From positions 1 to 53,415 of the forward strand of contig JANPEF010000138.1 in NCBI GenBank assembly GCA_031431875.1: a DNA stretch of 53,415 nt, written 5' to 3'. The position numbers and the translations under genes were made by a program. This document shows positions 23,098 through 32,576 of the stretch, one piece after another; position 1 is the first letter of the stretch, and every line of letters starts with the position of its first letter. This stretch comes from Candidatus Eiseniibacteriota bacterium. GTDB lineage: Bacteria; Eisenbacteria; RBG-16-71-46; DASYSL01. The notes under the pieces were generated by a model. It was not told where the DNA came from. It made no database searches and worked only from the letters and a program-made list of their open reading frames with translations.

Positions 23098-24620
23098 CGA
23101 TCGCCCGCACCGTCGGTCGCAACACCCTGTACACCGCCGTGGCCCGCCTTGCCGTGCTGGGAGTCTGGTTCGCCGTGACGCCCCGCGTGCTCGTCGTGCT
23201 CGGGCCGGAGCGCTTCGGCTTCTGGTCGATCCTGCTGGTGCTGGGCGGCAGCCTGGGCGCGGTCGACCTGGGCCTCGGCGTCGCGGTCACGCGTTCCGTG
23301 GCGCGATTGTGGAGTGAAGGTGCCGGCCGCCAGGTGCATGCGCTGATCACGCGGGCGGCCGCGCTGCAGGTGCTCGTGACGGCGCTGCTCGGCGGCGGGC
23401 TGATCGCTGCAACCTCCTTCGTGCTGCAGGCCTTCCACGTGCCTCCCGCGTGGTCCGGCGAGGCCCGGACCGCGCTGGCATTCGCCATCGCGACGTTCGT
23501 CCTGGGCTCGGCGGCAAACCTGTTCTTCGCCGCGTTGCAGGGAATCCAGCGCATGGACCGCGCACTGCTCGTCGTCCTGCCGGCGGCCGTCGGACTCGGC
23601 GTCGCCATCGTGTGGGCGATGGGGCAGCCGCAGCCGCTGCTCGTGCTCACCCAGGTGCAACTCGCCTACGCCACGCTGACCGCGCTCGGCTTCGCCGTGG
23701 CGCTGCGCGGATTGCGTCCCGTGCGAGCGACGGAGGGATCTCCCGCTGCCGCGCCGCTGCCGCTGCGCGATCTCCTGGTCTTCGGCGGCTGGGTCCAGCT
23801 CAACTCGCTGTTCGGCCTGATCCAGGCGCACGTCGACAAGCTGATCCTCGGGTCGCTGGTCGCGCTGGCGCCGGTGGCCGCCTATGAACTCGGCGCCCGC
23901 GTCACGTTCGCGGCACTCCTGCCGCCGATCCTGTTCCTCGGCGCGCTCCTGCCGGCGTTCGCGCGCGAGCACTCCGTCGGCGAACCCGGGCGCCTGCTGC
24001 CGATCTATCGCGCCGCGCTCGATCCGCACTTCGCCCTCAGTTTCGGGATCGCCGGCGCGATCGTGGCGCTCGCCCCGTGGATTCTCGGCGCGTGGCTGCA
24101 CGAGCCTCCGGCCGACGCGACCTTCTTCCTCACGGCCCTGGCGGTGACCCAACTCGGAAACCTGCTCACGGGGGTCAGCAGCACGACCGCTCGCGCCGGC
24201 GGTGTGGCCCACCTCGAGACCCAGTTCGCCGTGATCGGCACCGTCCTCCATGTCGCGCTCGCGCTGGTCGGACTCGCGGTCTTCGGCGTGCGCGGCCTCC
24301 TGGTCGGCACGGTGCTCGGCAGCCTGCTGGGCGCCGCGTGGTTCATCGCGCGCATGGAATCGTGGCTCGGGATCGGGCGGACGCGTGCCGCATTCCGCGC
24401 CGGCCTGCCCTTCCTCGGTGCCGCCGCGGTCGCGGGTCTCGGCGCATTCCTCACGGCGCGCCTGTTGAGCCCCGCCCCGGATGTCGCGAACGCCTGGCCG
24501 GGGTTGCTGGCCGGCGGGGCGGTCGATGTGCTCCTGTTCGGCCTCCATCTCCGCATCCTCCATCGCGGCTTGTGGGAGGAGCTCCTCGCGCGGGCCGGCC
24601 GCCTTCGGTCGCGGTCATGA
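23094..24620 (+). CDS. wzx: Wzx-type oligosaccharide flippase
   Basis: About 12-14 hydrophobic segments, LGPERFG, DLGL, VDKLILG..VAAY motifs of the MOP/PST family. Confidence 0.8.
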   Translation: MTIARTVGRNTLYTAVARLAVLGVWFAVTPRVLVVLGPERFGFWSILLVLGGSLGAVDLGLGVAVTRSVARLWSEGAGRQVHALITRAAALQVLVTALLGGGLIAATSFVLQAFHVPPAWSGEARTALAFAIATFVLGSAANLFFAALQGIQRMDRALLVVLPAAVGLGVAIVWAMGQPQPLLVLTQVQLAYATLTALGFAVALRGLRPVRATEGSPAAAPLPLRDLLVFGGWVQLNSLFGLIQAHVDKLILGSLVALAPVAAYELGARVTFAALLPPILFLGALLPAFAREHSVGEPGRLLPIYRAALDPHFALSFGIAGAIVALAPWILGAWLHEPPADATFFLTALAVTQLGNLLTGVSSTTARAGGVAHLETQFAVIGTVLHVALALVGLAVFGVRGLLVGTVLGSLLGAAWFIARMESWLGIGRTRAAFRAGLPFLGAAAVAGLGAFLTARLLSPAPDVANAWPGLLAGGAVDVLLFGLHLRILHRGLWEELLARAGRLRSRS

Positions 24621-25714
24621 CGAGCCACCGCCTGCGCATCACGTGGGTGCTTCCCTCGCTGCAGTTCACCGGCGGCCTGCGCGTCGTCTACGAGCACTCG
24701 CGCCAGCTTGTGGCGCGCGGCCACGCGGTCCGGCTCGTCGCGCCGCGCCCAGGGCCACGGCTGCCGCTCGGTGCCGCCGGTCGCCGGGCGCTCACGGGCT
24801 GGCTCCTCGAGCGCTTCGTCCTGCGTTCGGAGCGCATGCTCGATCACTACGGTCTGCGGGCGCACTGGACGGTCGTCCCCGCGCTGGAGCCGGCGCACCT
24901 GCCGCCCGCCGACGTCACGCTGGCGACGTCGTGGCCCACGGCCGCGGTCGTCGCCGCCGCACCTGCGTCGGCGGGCCGCGGCGCGTACTTCCTCCAGCAC
25001 GACGAAGCGTTCGAGCCCGGGCTGCGCGACAGCGTCGACGCTACCTGGCGACTGCCGCTGGAGCGCATCGTCATCGCCGGCTGGCTGCAACACCTCGCGC
25101 GCGAGAGATTCGGCGTCCGGGTGTGGGGACCGATCGTCAACGGGGTGGACCTCGCGCAGTTCCACGAGCGCGGTCGGGTGGAGCACGCTCCGCCCGTCGT
25201 CGGCATGCTCTACGAGAAGATGGCGTGGAAGGGCTGCGCCGACGGTTTCGCCGCGATCGAGCGCGCCCGGCGCGAGGTGCCCGGCCTGCGGTTGCACCTG
25301 TTCGGCCGGCCCCGGCTCGCCGAGCGACTTGCCCCCGGGGACAGGTTCGAGCGGAACCCGACCCCCGCGCGGCTGTCGGCGATCTACCGCGAGTGCGACC
25401 TGTTCCTCTCGCCGAGCTGGACCGAGGGCTGCCAGCTTCCGCCGATGGAGGCCATGGCGTCCGGGTGCGCCGTCGTGGCCACCGACGTCGGCGGGATTCC
25501 CGACTACGCGATCGCGGGAGAGACCGTGCTCACCGCGCCGCCGCACCACCCGGAGACGCTTGCAGCGCACCTCGTGCGGCTCGCCGGCGATCCGGCGTAC
25601 GCGCGGGCCCTGGCGGCGCGCGGACGGGCGCACATCGCTCGATTCACCTGGGATCGGGCGACCGATCGGCTCGAGGAAACGCTGCGGACAATCGCGCGCG
25701 GAGAGTCGGCGTGA
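24617..25714 (+). CDS. Glycosyltransferase family 4
   Basis: TGGLRVVYE, YFLQHDE, NGVD, EGCQLPPMEAMASG (EX7E), FTWD. Confidence 0.88.
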   Translation: MTSHRLRITWVLPSLQFTGGLRVVYEHSRQLVARGHAVRLVAPRPGPRLPLGAAGRRALTGWLLERFVLRSERMLDHYGLRAHWTVVPALEPAHLPPADVTLATSWPTAAVVAAAPASAGRGAYFLQHDEAFEPGLRDSVDATWRLPLERIVIAGWLQHLARERFGVRVWGPIVNGVDLAQFHERGRVEHAPPVVGMLYEKMAWKGCADGFAAIERARREVPGLRLHLFGRPRLAERLAPGDRFERNPTPARLSAIYRECDLFLSPSWTEGCQLPPMEAMASGCAVVATDVGGIPDYAIAGETVLTAPPHHPETLAAHLVRLAGDPAYARALAARGRAHIARFTWDRATDRLEETLRTIARGESA

Positions 25715-26919
25715 CCGCGCGCCCGACCGCGCTCATCCTCACGCCCCGCACACCGTGGCCGCTCGACGACGGCGGCCGCATCGTGCTCTGGCAGGCGATC
25801 GACACGGCTGCCCGCGAGCATGACGTCGTGCTCGTCACCTTCGACACGCCCGCGGGGCTGGCGCATCCGGAGCCCGACTTCGTCCGCGCGGCCTGTCGCA
25901 CCGTCGTGCGCGTGCCCCATCGGCCCGCCGGCCCGCTGGCCGCGGCGCTGCGCGGCTCATTCGGGCGGTGGCCGCACACCATGGTGCGCTTTCACTCCGC
26001 GGAGTACGCGGCGGCGGTGCGCGACGCCGTGCGCACGTTCCGCCCCGCCTTCGCGGTGGTCAACAACCTCCACCTCGCCGTCTACGCGGATGACCTGGGC
26101 GACACGCCGTGGGTGCTGCGCGAGCAGAACGTCGAGCACCTGTGGATGGCACGCTACGCCGCGACACGGCGCGATCCCCTGACGCGGGCCTATGCGCTGT
26201 TCCAGGCCGGACGGTTGCGTCGTTTCGAGCGGGAGGCGGCACGGCGGGCCGCGATCGTGTTCGCGATCCAGGAGGAGGAGGCGCGCGAACTGCGGGTCCT
26301 CGCCCCGGAGGCCCGCGTCGAGGTGGTGCCGATCGGCATCGACTTCGCGCGCTACGTGGCACCGCGTCCGGTCGCACCCGCGGTCGTGCTGGTCGTGGGC
26401 TCGTTCGCCTATGCGCCGAACGTGGAGGGCCTGCGTCGCTTCGTCGCCGAGGGCGCGGCCGAGCTCCGCCGCCTCGCGCCCGCGGCGATCCTGCGCGTCG
26501 CCGGGCGTGGACTGGCGCCCGCTCTCGCCCGCGAGTTGGTCGCGGCTGGAGTGGAGGTCGTCGGCGCCGTCCCCGACATGGCACCGCAGTTCGCCGCGGC
26601 GACGGTCGTGCTCGTCCCCCTGTGGATGGGCGCGGGCGCGCGGGTGAAGATCGTCGAAGCCGCCGCCGCCGGCGTGCCGGTCGTCTCGACGCCGCTCGGC
26701 GCCGAGGGCCTGGGGCTCGATCCGGTGCAGGAGATCCGGATCGCCGAGGGGCCGCTCGAGCTGGCCCGCGAAGTGGCGGCGCTCGTCGCAGCGCCGGCCG
26801 AGGCCCGCGCGATGGGCGCGCGCGCCCACGCCTTCGCCCGCGAGCGCTACGCCCTGCCCGCGGTGGCTGCACGCACGAACCTCCTGTGCGCCTCGATTGC
26901 GCGGCGGGATCCGGCATGA
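25711..26919 (+). CDS. Glycosyltransferase family 4
   Basis: PWPLDDGG, QNVEH, GSFAYAPNVEG, GAGARVKIVEA, PVVST. Confidence 0.87.
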   Translation: MTARPTALILTPRTPWPLDDGGRIVLWQAIDTAAREHDVVLVTFDTPAGLAHPEPDFVRAACRTVVRVPHRPAGPLAAALRGSFGRWPHTMVRFHSAEYAAAVRDAVRTFRPAFAVVNNLHLAVYADDLGDTPWVLREQNVEHLWMARYAATRRDPLTRAYALFQAGRLRRFEREAARRAAIVFAIQEEEARELRVLAPEARVEVVPIGIDFARYVAPRPVAPAVVLVVGSFAYAPNVEGLRRFVAEGAAELRRLAPAAILRVAGRGLAPALARELVAAGVEVVGAVPDMAPQFAAATVVLVPLWMGAGARVKIVEAAAAGVPVVSTPLGAEGLGLDPVQEIRIAEGPLELAREVAALVAAPAEARAMGARAHAFARERYALPAVAARTNLLCASIARRDPA

Positions 26920-28124
26920 ACGTCCTCGTCCTCACGTCCCGCCTGCCGTTCCCGCCGAATCGCGGCGATCGCCTGCTCGCGTTGCGCATGCTCGAGGTGC
27001 TCGCCACGCAGCACACCGTGACCCTGGCGTCGTTCGTCGAGGGCCGTGAGCCGCGCGAGGGCCTGGAACACATCCGCGGCCTCGGGATCGACCTGCACGT
27101 CGTCGAACTTCCGGCGGCGCTGTCGCTGGCACGAACCGCGCTCGCGGTCCCGACGCGCTCGCCGCTGCAGATCGCCTACTACCGCAGCGGCCGGATGAGT
27201 CGGCTGGTCGACGGGCTCGCGGCGGCGTGCCCGTTCGATGCGACGATCGTTCAGATGATCCGCATGACGCCGTACGGCCTGCGCGTTTCGTCCGGCCGTC
27301 GGATCGCGTTCCTCGCCGACTCCTACGGGCTGTCGATGGGACGGCGGGCCGCGGTGGAACACGGCGTGCGCGCGGCCGTCACCCGGCTGGAGGCCGGGCG
27401 CATCGCGCGCTACGAACAGGAGATGGCGCAGCGTTACGACCGCACGTGGCTCGTCTCTCCGGCCGACCTCGCCGGGTTCCCACGCGCGAGCTGGCCGCGC
27501 ATCGACATCGTGCCGAACGGATTTCCCGAGGAGCTGCTGCAGGTCGGGATCGAGCGCGAACCGGGGGCGCGGCTGCTCTTCGTCGGCCACCTGGGCGTGC
27601 CGCACAACGTGGACTCCGCGCAGGTCCTGGCGCGCGAGGTGCTGCCCGCGGTCCGGGCCCGGCGGCCGGATGCGACCCTGCGCCTCGTCGGGGCGGATCC
27701 CGCGCCCGCGGTGCGCGCTCTGCATGCTCCGCCCGGGATCGTGGTCACCGGGTTCGTGCCCGACCTCGCGACCGAGTTTGCCGCGGCGCATGCGTTCGTC
27801 GCGCCGCTGCGCTTCGCCGCGGGCGTGCAGAACAAGATCATCGAGAGCCTGGCAGCAGGCGTGCCGGTCGTCACCTCGAGCATCGCCGCCGCCGGACTGG
27901 GTGCCACGGGGGAGCGCGACCTGTGGGTGGCCGACGACCCGGGCGCGATGGCCGAACGCGTGCTCGACCTGCTGGGCGATGAGGCGGCCCGGGCCGCCCT
28001 TGGCCGCCGCGGGCGCGAGTTCGCGTCGCATGGATTCCGCTGGTCGAACATCCTGGCCGCGCTCGAGCGAGCGAAGTCGAATGCGCCCGTTCAGCATGCG
28101 ATCGGCCAGATTTCGGGCACGTGA
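26916..28124 (+). CDS. Glycosyltransferase family 4 (resembles PEP-CTERM/EPS-associated GT)
   Basis: RLPFPPNRGD, HNVD, PLRFAAGVQNKIIE, PVVTS. Confidence 0.87.
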   Translation: MNVLVLTSRLPFPPNRGDRLLALRMLEVLATQHTVTLASFVEGREPREGLEHIRGLGIDLHVVELPAALSLARTALAVPTRSPLQIAYYRSGRMSRLVDGLAAACPFDATIVQMIRMTPYGLRVSSGRRIAFLADSYGLSMGRRAAVEHGVRAAVTRLEAGRIARYEQEMAQRYDRTWLVSPADLAGFPRASWPRIDIVPNGFPEELLQVGIEREPGARLLFVGHLGVPHNVDSAQVLAREVLPAVRARRPDATLRLVGADPAPAVRALHAPPGIVVTGFVPDLATEFAAAHAFVAPLRFAAGVQNKIIESLAAGVPVVTSSIAAAGLGATGERDLWVADDPGAMAERVLDLLGDEAARAALGRRGREFASHGFRWSNILAALERAKSNAPVQHAIGQISGT

Positions 28125-28236
28125 GCGGCCCCGGGCCGGCCCGCGGGTGGCGCGGGGGCCGGCGCCACGACGCTAAGTGCTTCCCCGGCATCGGACTCGA
28201 CGGCCGGCGGCGGGGGTCCCGGGGCGCGCTGACGGC

Positions 28237-28251
28237 AGGCACGCCACTTGC
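28237..28251 (+). promoter_or_regulatory. Putative sigma54 (-24/-12) promoter
   Basis: AGGCAC-GCCAC-TTGC: GG at 28238-39 and GC at 28250-51 with exact N10 spacing, in a long intergenic region. Confidence 0.6.
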
Positions 28252-28376
28252 GTCACAAGTGGGGAGAGGCCCGGTCCGGGAGCGGCCCCGTTGGAGGACG
28301 CACTTCGCGGCAGGCCCGATCGCCACAACTTGCTGAACCATATGGGCTTTGCTGGTCTGGCCGGGCAGAAAACCGT

Positions 28377-28406
28377 TTGACACCTGACCGGACGTTCTCC
28401 TAACCT
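28377..28406 (+). promoter_or_regulatory. Putative sigma70 promoter
   Basis: TTGACA(28377-82)-18 nt-TAACCT(28401-06). Confidence 0.65.
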
Positions 28407-28485
28407 GCTGAGGCACCTGCAAGGGCGGTGAAGTCGTCCGCCTGCATTCCGATTCGCCCCTGTCATGGGACACCGAGGGAGGACC

Positions 28486-29496
28486 ATGCGAGTTCTGGTC
28501 ACAGGAGGTGCCGGCTTCATCGGGTCGCATCTGGTCGATGCGCTCCTCGCACAGGGCCATGAAGTCCGGGCGCTCGACGACCTTTCGACGGGCTCGCTCG
28601 ACAATCTCAAGGACGCCTCCGCCAACCCGAGCTTCCACTTCGTCGAGGGCTCCATCCTCGATTCGAAGATCGTCAACGCACAGGTCGCGCAGGTCGATGA
28701 GGTCTATCATCTGGCCGCCGCCGTCGGCGTCAAGTTCGTCCTCGACAACCCCCTGCGCTCGCTGCTGACGAACATCCGCGGCAGCGAGGAGGTTCTCGAG
28801 GCCGCCGACAAGCAGGGCAAGAAGAAGGTCATCCTCTTCTCCTCGAGCGAGGTCTACGGCAAGGGCGCCTCGATCCCGTTCCACGAGGACGACGATCGCC
28901 TGCTCGGCCCCACGTCGGTCCTGCGCTGGTCGTACGCCGCCTCCAAGGCGGTCGACGAGTTCCTGGCGCTCGGCTATCACCACGAGCGTCGGTTGCCGGT
29001 CATCGTCGTGCGCTGCTTCAACACGTGCGGCCCGCGGCAGAGCCCCCACTATGGCATGGTCATTCCCCGGTTCGTCGAGCGCGCGCTGCGCAACGAGCCG
29101 ATTCTCGTCTATGGCGACGGCCTGCAGAGCCGCTGCTTCTCTTCGGTGCACGACGTCGTCCGCGGCGTGCTGATGCTGGCGCAGGAGCCCAAGGCCATCG
29201 GCGAGGTGTTCAACATCGGCACCAAGGAAGAGGTCTCGGTCACCGAGCTCGCCCGCCGCGTCAAGGCGATCACCGGCAGCACCTCCCCGATCGAGGCCGT
29301 CGAGTACGAGGCGATCTACGGCAGCAAGTTCGAGGACATGCAGCGCCGCGTGCCGTCGCTCGACAAGATCAAGGCGATGGTCGGCTACGAGCCGCAGGTC
29401 ACGCTCGATCAGCTGCTCCGCGACACGGTCGAGCACGTGCGGGCCAAGGCCAGCGCGCCGGTGACGGCGACGCACTCCTCGACCGCCGCGCGCTGA
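28486..29496 (+). CDS. NAD-dependent nucleotide-sugar epimerase/dehydratase
   Basis: GGAGFIG, HLAAAVGV, SSSEVYGK, WSYAASK, FNTCGPRQ; SD GGAGG before ATG 28486. Confidence 0.88.
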   Translation: MRVLVTGGAGFIGSHLVDALLAQGHEVRALDDLSTGSLDNLKDASANPSFHFVEGSILDSKIVNAQVAQVDEVYHLAAAVGVKFVLDNPLRSLLTNIRGSEEVLEAADKQGKKKVILFSSSEVYGKGASIPFHEDDDRLLGPTSVLRWSYAASKAVDEFLALGYHHERRLPVIVVRCFNTCGPRQSPHYGMVIPRFVERALRNEPILVYGDGLQSRCFSSVHDVVRGVLMLAQEPKAIGEVFNIGTKEEVSVTELARRVKAITGSTSPIEAVEYEAIYGSKFEDMQRRVPSLDKIKAMVGYEPQVTLDQLLRDTVEHVRAKASAPVTATHSSTAAR

Positions 29497-29504
29497 TCCC
29501 CCTG

Positions 29505-29533
29505 TTGCCGCGCCCCGCGGGACCGGCTATCGT
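29505..29533 (+). promoter_or_regulatory. Putative sigma70 promoter with very short leader
   Basis: TTGCCG(29505-10)-17 nt-TATCGT(29528-33); ATG at 29543. Confidence 0.55.
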
Positions 29534-29542
29534 CCCGGGGCC

Positions 29543-30577
29543 ATGATTCGCGACCTCACGCCTTCTCCCGACGCTTGGGCCGGACTCGCCGCCTGGGCCG
29601 CCGGCCTCGCCGCCGTCCTGCTCGTCACCCCGCTGGTGCGGAAGGTGGCGTGGGCGACCGGCTACCTCGATCACCCCGAAGCGCGCAAGCTCCACATCGC
29701 GGCCACGCCGCTGCTCGGCGGGGTCGCCGTTGCCGTCGGCACCGCGATCGGCGCCAACCTCGGCTTCTGGTCGCTCGACATGGTGCTGCCGTCGCGCGCG
29801 CTGTGGTGGATGGCGGGCGCGGTCGTGGCGGTGGGGCTGGGGCTCATCGACGACAAGTGGGGGATGGGGCCGGCCCCCAAGATGTTCATCCAGGCGCTGG
29901 CGGCATGGCTCTTCCTCCAGGGTGGCGTCTATCCGCAGGCGTACTTCGGGCCGTTCTGGGGCCAGGCGATCGCCATCTTCTGGATGGTCGGCCTGATGAA
30001 CGCGATCAACTTCCTCGACAACATGGACGGCATCGTCGGCGGGGTCGCAGCGATCTGCGCGCTCGCCTTCGCCGCCCTGCTCGCCATCTGGGGCTGGCCG
30101 CACGAGGCGCTGTTCGCACTCGGGTTGGCCGGCGCGACGCTCGGCTTCCTGCGCTACAACTTCGCGCCGGCGCGCATCTTCCTCGGCGACACCGGGAGCC
30201 TTTTCCTGGGGTACACGCTCGGGGCGCTGGGGCTGATCGCCGCCACCGCGGGGCCCGGTGTGTCGGGCATCCTGTCGACGCTGCTGGTGCTCGGCTTCCC
30301 GCTGTTCGACACGACGTTCGTCGTGCTGACCCGCATGGCCGAAGGTCGCAAGGTCTACATCGGCGGGCGCGACCACACGACGCATCGCATGAATCGCGTC
30401 GTGCGCGGGCCGCGCCGCACCGCCGTCTCCGTCTACGCCACCACGATCGCGCTCGCGCTCTCCGGCATCTTCCTCGGGGTCACCCCCGGGTGGCGGTTCG
30501 GGGTCCCGATCGTCGCCGTGTGGGTGATCGTGCTCGTCGTCCTTGGCCGCCGCCTCGCGCGCGTGCCGCAACTGTGA
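29543..30577 (+). CDS. wecA: Undecaprenyl-phosphate sugar-1-phosphate transferase (WecA/TagO, MraY family)
   Basis: RKLH..TPLLGG, GLIDD, NAINFLDNMDG, IFLGDTGS, DHTTHR; multiple TM helices. Confidence 0.85.
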   Translation: MIRDLTPSPDAWAGLAAWAAGLAAVLLVTPLVRKVAWATGYLDHPEARKLHIAATPLLGGVAVAVGTAIGANLGFWSLDMVLPSRALWWMAGAVVAVGLGLIDDKWGMGPAPKMFIQALAAWLFLQGGVYPQAYFGPFWGQAIAIFWMVGLMNAINFLDNMDGIVGGVAAICALAFAALLAIWGWPHEALFALGLAGATLGFLRYNFAPARIFLGDTGSLFLGYTLGALGLIAATAGPGVSGILSTLLVLGFPLFDTTFVVLTRMAEGRKVYIGGRDHTTHRMNRVVRGPRRTAVSVYATTIALALSGIFLGVTPGWRFGVPIVAVWVIVLVVLGRRLARVPQL

Positions 30578-30584
30578 GGAATCC

Positions 30585-30872
30585 ATGACCGAATCCGACG
30601 CCATCACCGGTTCCGCCGCGCATCCCGACTCGCCGGTCGCCGCCTTCGTGCACGACCTGCTGGTCCGCCTCGTCGATCACCCCGAGGCGGTCTCGATCCG
30701 CATCGATCCCGGTCCGACCACGCTGTACGAGGCGAGTGTCGCCGCCGACGACGTGGGCCAGATCGTCGGCCGCGAGGGGCGCATCGTGAAGGCGCTGCGC
30801 ACGCTCATCTCCACCGCGGCGGAGAAGCGCGGCGAGCGCGCGACCTTCGAGATCGCCGAGCCCCGCGCTTGA
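30585..30872 (+). CDS. khpA: KH-domain RNA-binding protein
   Basis: LVDHPEAV, DVGQIVGREGR..KALRT; upstream of rimM. Confidence 0.85.
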   Translation: MTESDAITGSAAHPDSPVAAFVHDLLVRLVDHPEAVSIRIDPGPTTLYEASVAADDVGQIVGREGRIVKALRTLISTAAEKRGERATFEIAEPRA

Positions 30873-30891
30873 GCGCGCTTCACCCCGCGCG

Positions 30892-31440
30892 ATGACCCGC
30901 GTCGACGTCGGTCGCGTGATCAAGGCGCACGGCCTGCGCGGGCAGGTCGTGGTCGGCGGCGTGCGCCTGACACTCGAGGAGTTCGTCGGCCTGGGCCACG
31001 TCTACGCGCGTGGCGTCGCTGGCACGACGGGCGAGAAGGCCGCCACGCAACGGCTCGAGATCACCGATGCGAAGCCGTTCCAGCAGAGCATGATCGTGCG
31101 CTTCGAGGGCTTCGACCGCCGCGAGGAGGCCGACGAACTGCACGGCGTCGTGCTCGAGGTCGACCCCGCGCAGTTACCGGTCAACGCCGACGGCACGGTC
31201 TACTTGTTCCAACTGGTGGGTCTCGCCGTCGCGACCGAGGACGGGCAGGCGCTCGGCCGCGTGAGCGAAGTGCTGCAGACCGGGGCGACGCCCATTCTCA
31301 TCGTCCACGGGCCGCCGGCCGCCGAGGGCGAGAAGCCGCGAGAACGCCTGCTTCCCATGAGCCCCGAGGTTCTCAAGAGGGTCGACACCGCAGCCGGGAC
31401 GGTGACGGTGCACCTGCTGCCGGGGATGGAAGAGCTGTAG
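30892..31440 (+). CDS. rimM: Ribosome maturation factor RimM
   Basis: [31 protein letters not shown]; precedes trmD. Confidence 0.92.
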   Translation: MTRVDVGRVIKAHGLRGQVVVGGVRLTLEEFVGLGHVYARGVAGTTGEKAATQRLEITDAKPFQQSMIVRFEGFDRREEADELHGVVLEVDPAQLPVNADGTVYLFQLVGLAVATEDGQALGRVSEVLQTGATPILIVHGPPAAEGEKPRERLLPMSPEVLKRVDTAAGTVTVHLLPGMEEL

Positions 31441-31454
31441 CCGGGCCGGCGCAC

Positions 31455-32195
31455 ATGAAGATCTCGCTGATCACCATCTTTCCCGATTTCTTCGCCGGAG
31501 CCCTCGCCGAGGGGATGATCCGGGTGGCCCGCGAGAAGGGGCTTCTGGACGTCCGAGTCATTAATCTGCGAGACTTTACCGAGGATCGCCACAGGACGAC
31601 CGACGACACCCCGTTCGGTGGCGGGGTGGGCATGGTCATGAAGGCGGAGCCGATCTTCCGGGCCGTCGAGACGGCCGCTCCCGAGCCCCCTCCGGCCCGC
31701 CACGTCGTCCTCCTGACCCCCCAGGGGAAGCCGTTCCAGCAGGCGGACGCCCTGCGGCTGGCCGGGCTAAGTCACGTTGTGCTATTGTCCGGGCGGTACA
31801 AGGGCGTCGACGAGCGGGTTGCCGAACACCTCGTCGACGAGGAACTCTCCCTAGGGGATTTCGTCCTCTCGGGGGGGGAACCCGCCGCCCTGTGCGTCGT
31901 CGATGCCGTCGCCCGGTTGCTCCCCGGAGTCCTGGGCGACTTCGACTCCGCCGAAAGCGACTCGTTCCACTCCGGCCTCCTCGACTGCGCGTATTACACC
32001 CGTCCGGCCGTGTTCCGGGGGTGGCCCGTCCCCGACGTCCTCGTTTCGGGAGACCACGCGAAGATCGCCCGCTGGCGTCGGGAAGACGCACTCGCCCGAA
32101 CGCTCGAACGGCGTCCGGATCTGTTGTCCACGGCCGCGCTCGACGAGGCCGCCCGGAAGCACTTGAAGGCCCTGACCGGCAAGAAGGAGAAGTGA
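31455..32195 (+). CDS. trmD: tRNA (guanine37-N1)-methyltransferase
   Basis: [34 protein letters not shown]. Confidence 0.96.
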   Translation: MKISLITIFPDFFAGALAEGMIRVAREKGLLDVRVINLRDFTEDRHRTTDDTPFGGGVGMVMKAEPIFRAVETAAPEPPPARHVVLLTPQGKPFQQADALRLAGLSHVVLLSGRYKGVDERVAEHLVDEELSLGDFVLSGGEPAALCVVDAVARLLPGVLGDFDSAESDSFHSGLLDCAYYTRPAVFRGWPVPDVLVSGDHAKIARWRREDALARTLERRPDLLSTAALDEAARKHLKALTGKKEK

Positions 32196-32563
32196 TGAGC
32201 CTGATGCAGAAGTTCGAAGCGAAGTTCGCCAAGGCCGAGCACCCCGAGTTCCGCCCCGGCGACACGGTCAAGGTCTACGTGCGAGTCATCGAAGGCGACA
32301 AGGAACGCGCCCAGATGTTCCAGGGCGTGATCCTGAACCTGCGCGGCAGCAGCACCAATCGCACGTTCACCGTGCGCAAGGTCTCCGACGGCATCGGCGT
32401 CGAGCGCATCTTCCCGCTCCACTCGCCGAACATCTCGAAGATCGTGATCGCCCGTCACGGCGCCGTGAAGCGCGCGAAGCTGTTCTACCTGCGCGACAAG
32501 ACCGGCAAGGCGGCGAAGATCCGCGAGAAGAAGGTCGTGACCACCGAGACGGCGTCGAGCTAG
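32195..32563 (+). CDS. rplS: 50S ribosomal protein L19
   Basis: FRPGDTVKV, FTVRKVS.GIGVERIFP, KRAKLFYLR; TGATG overlap with trmD. Confidence 0.97.
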   Translation: MSLMQKFEAKFAKAEHPEFRPGDTVKVYVRVIEGDKERAQMFQGVILNLRGSSTNRTFTVRKVSDGIGVERIFPLHSPNISKIVIARHGAVKRAKLFYLRDKTGKAAKIREKKVVTTETASS

Positions 32564-32576
32564 TTCGCGATCTCGG

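Noticed and set aside
28121..28380. Short ORFs in the intergenic region before the epimerase
   Set aside because: Atypical codons, no motifs; the region is better explained by promoters.
31871..31878. G8 tract in trmD as a phase-variation site
   Set aside because: Encodes the conserved SGGE motif in frame in a normally essential gene.
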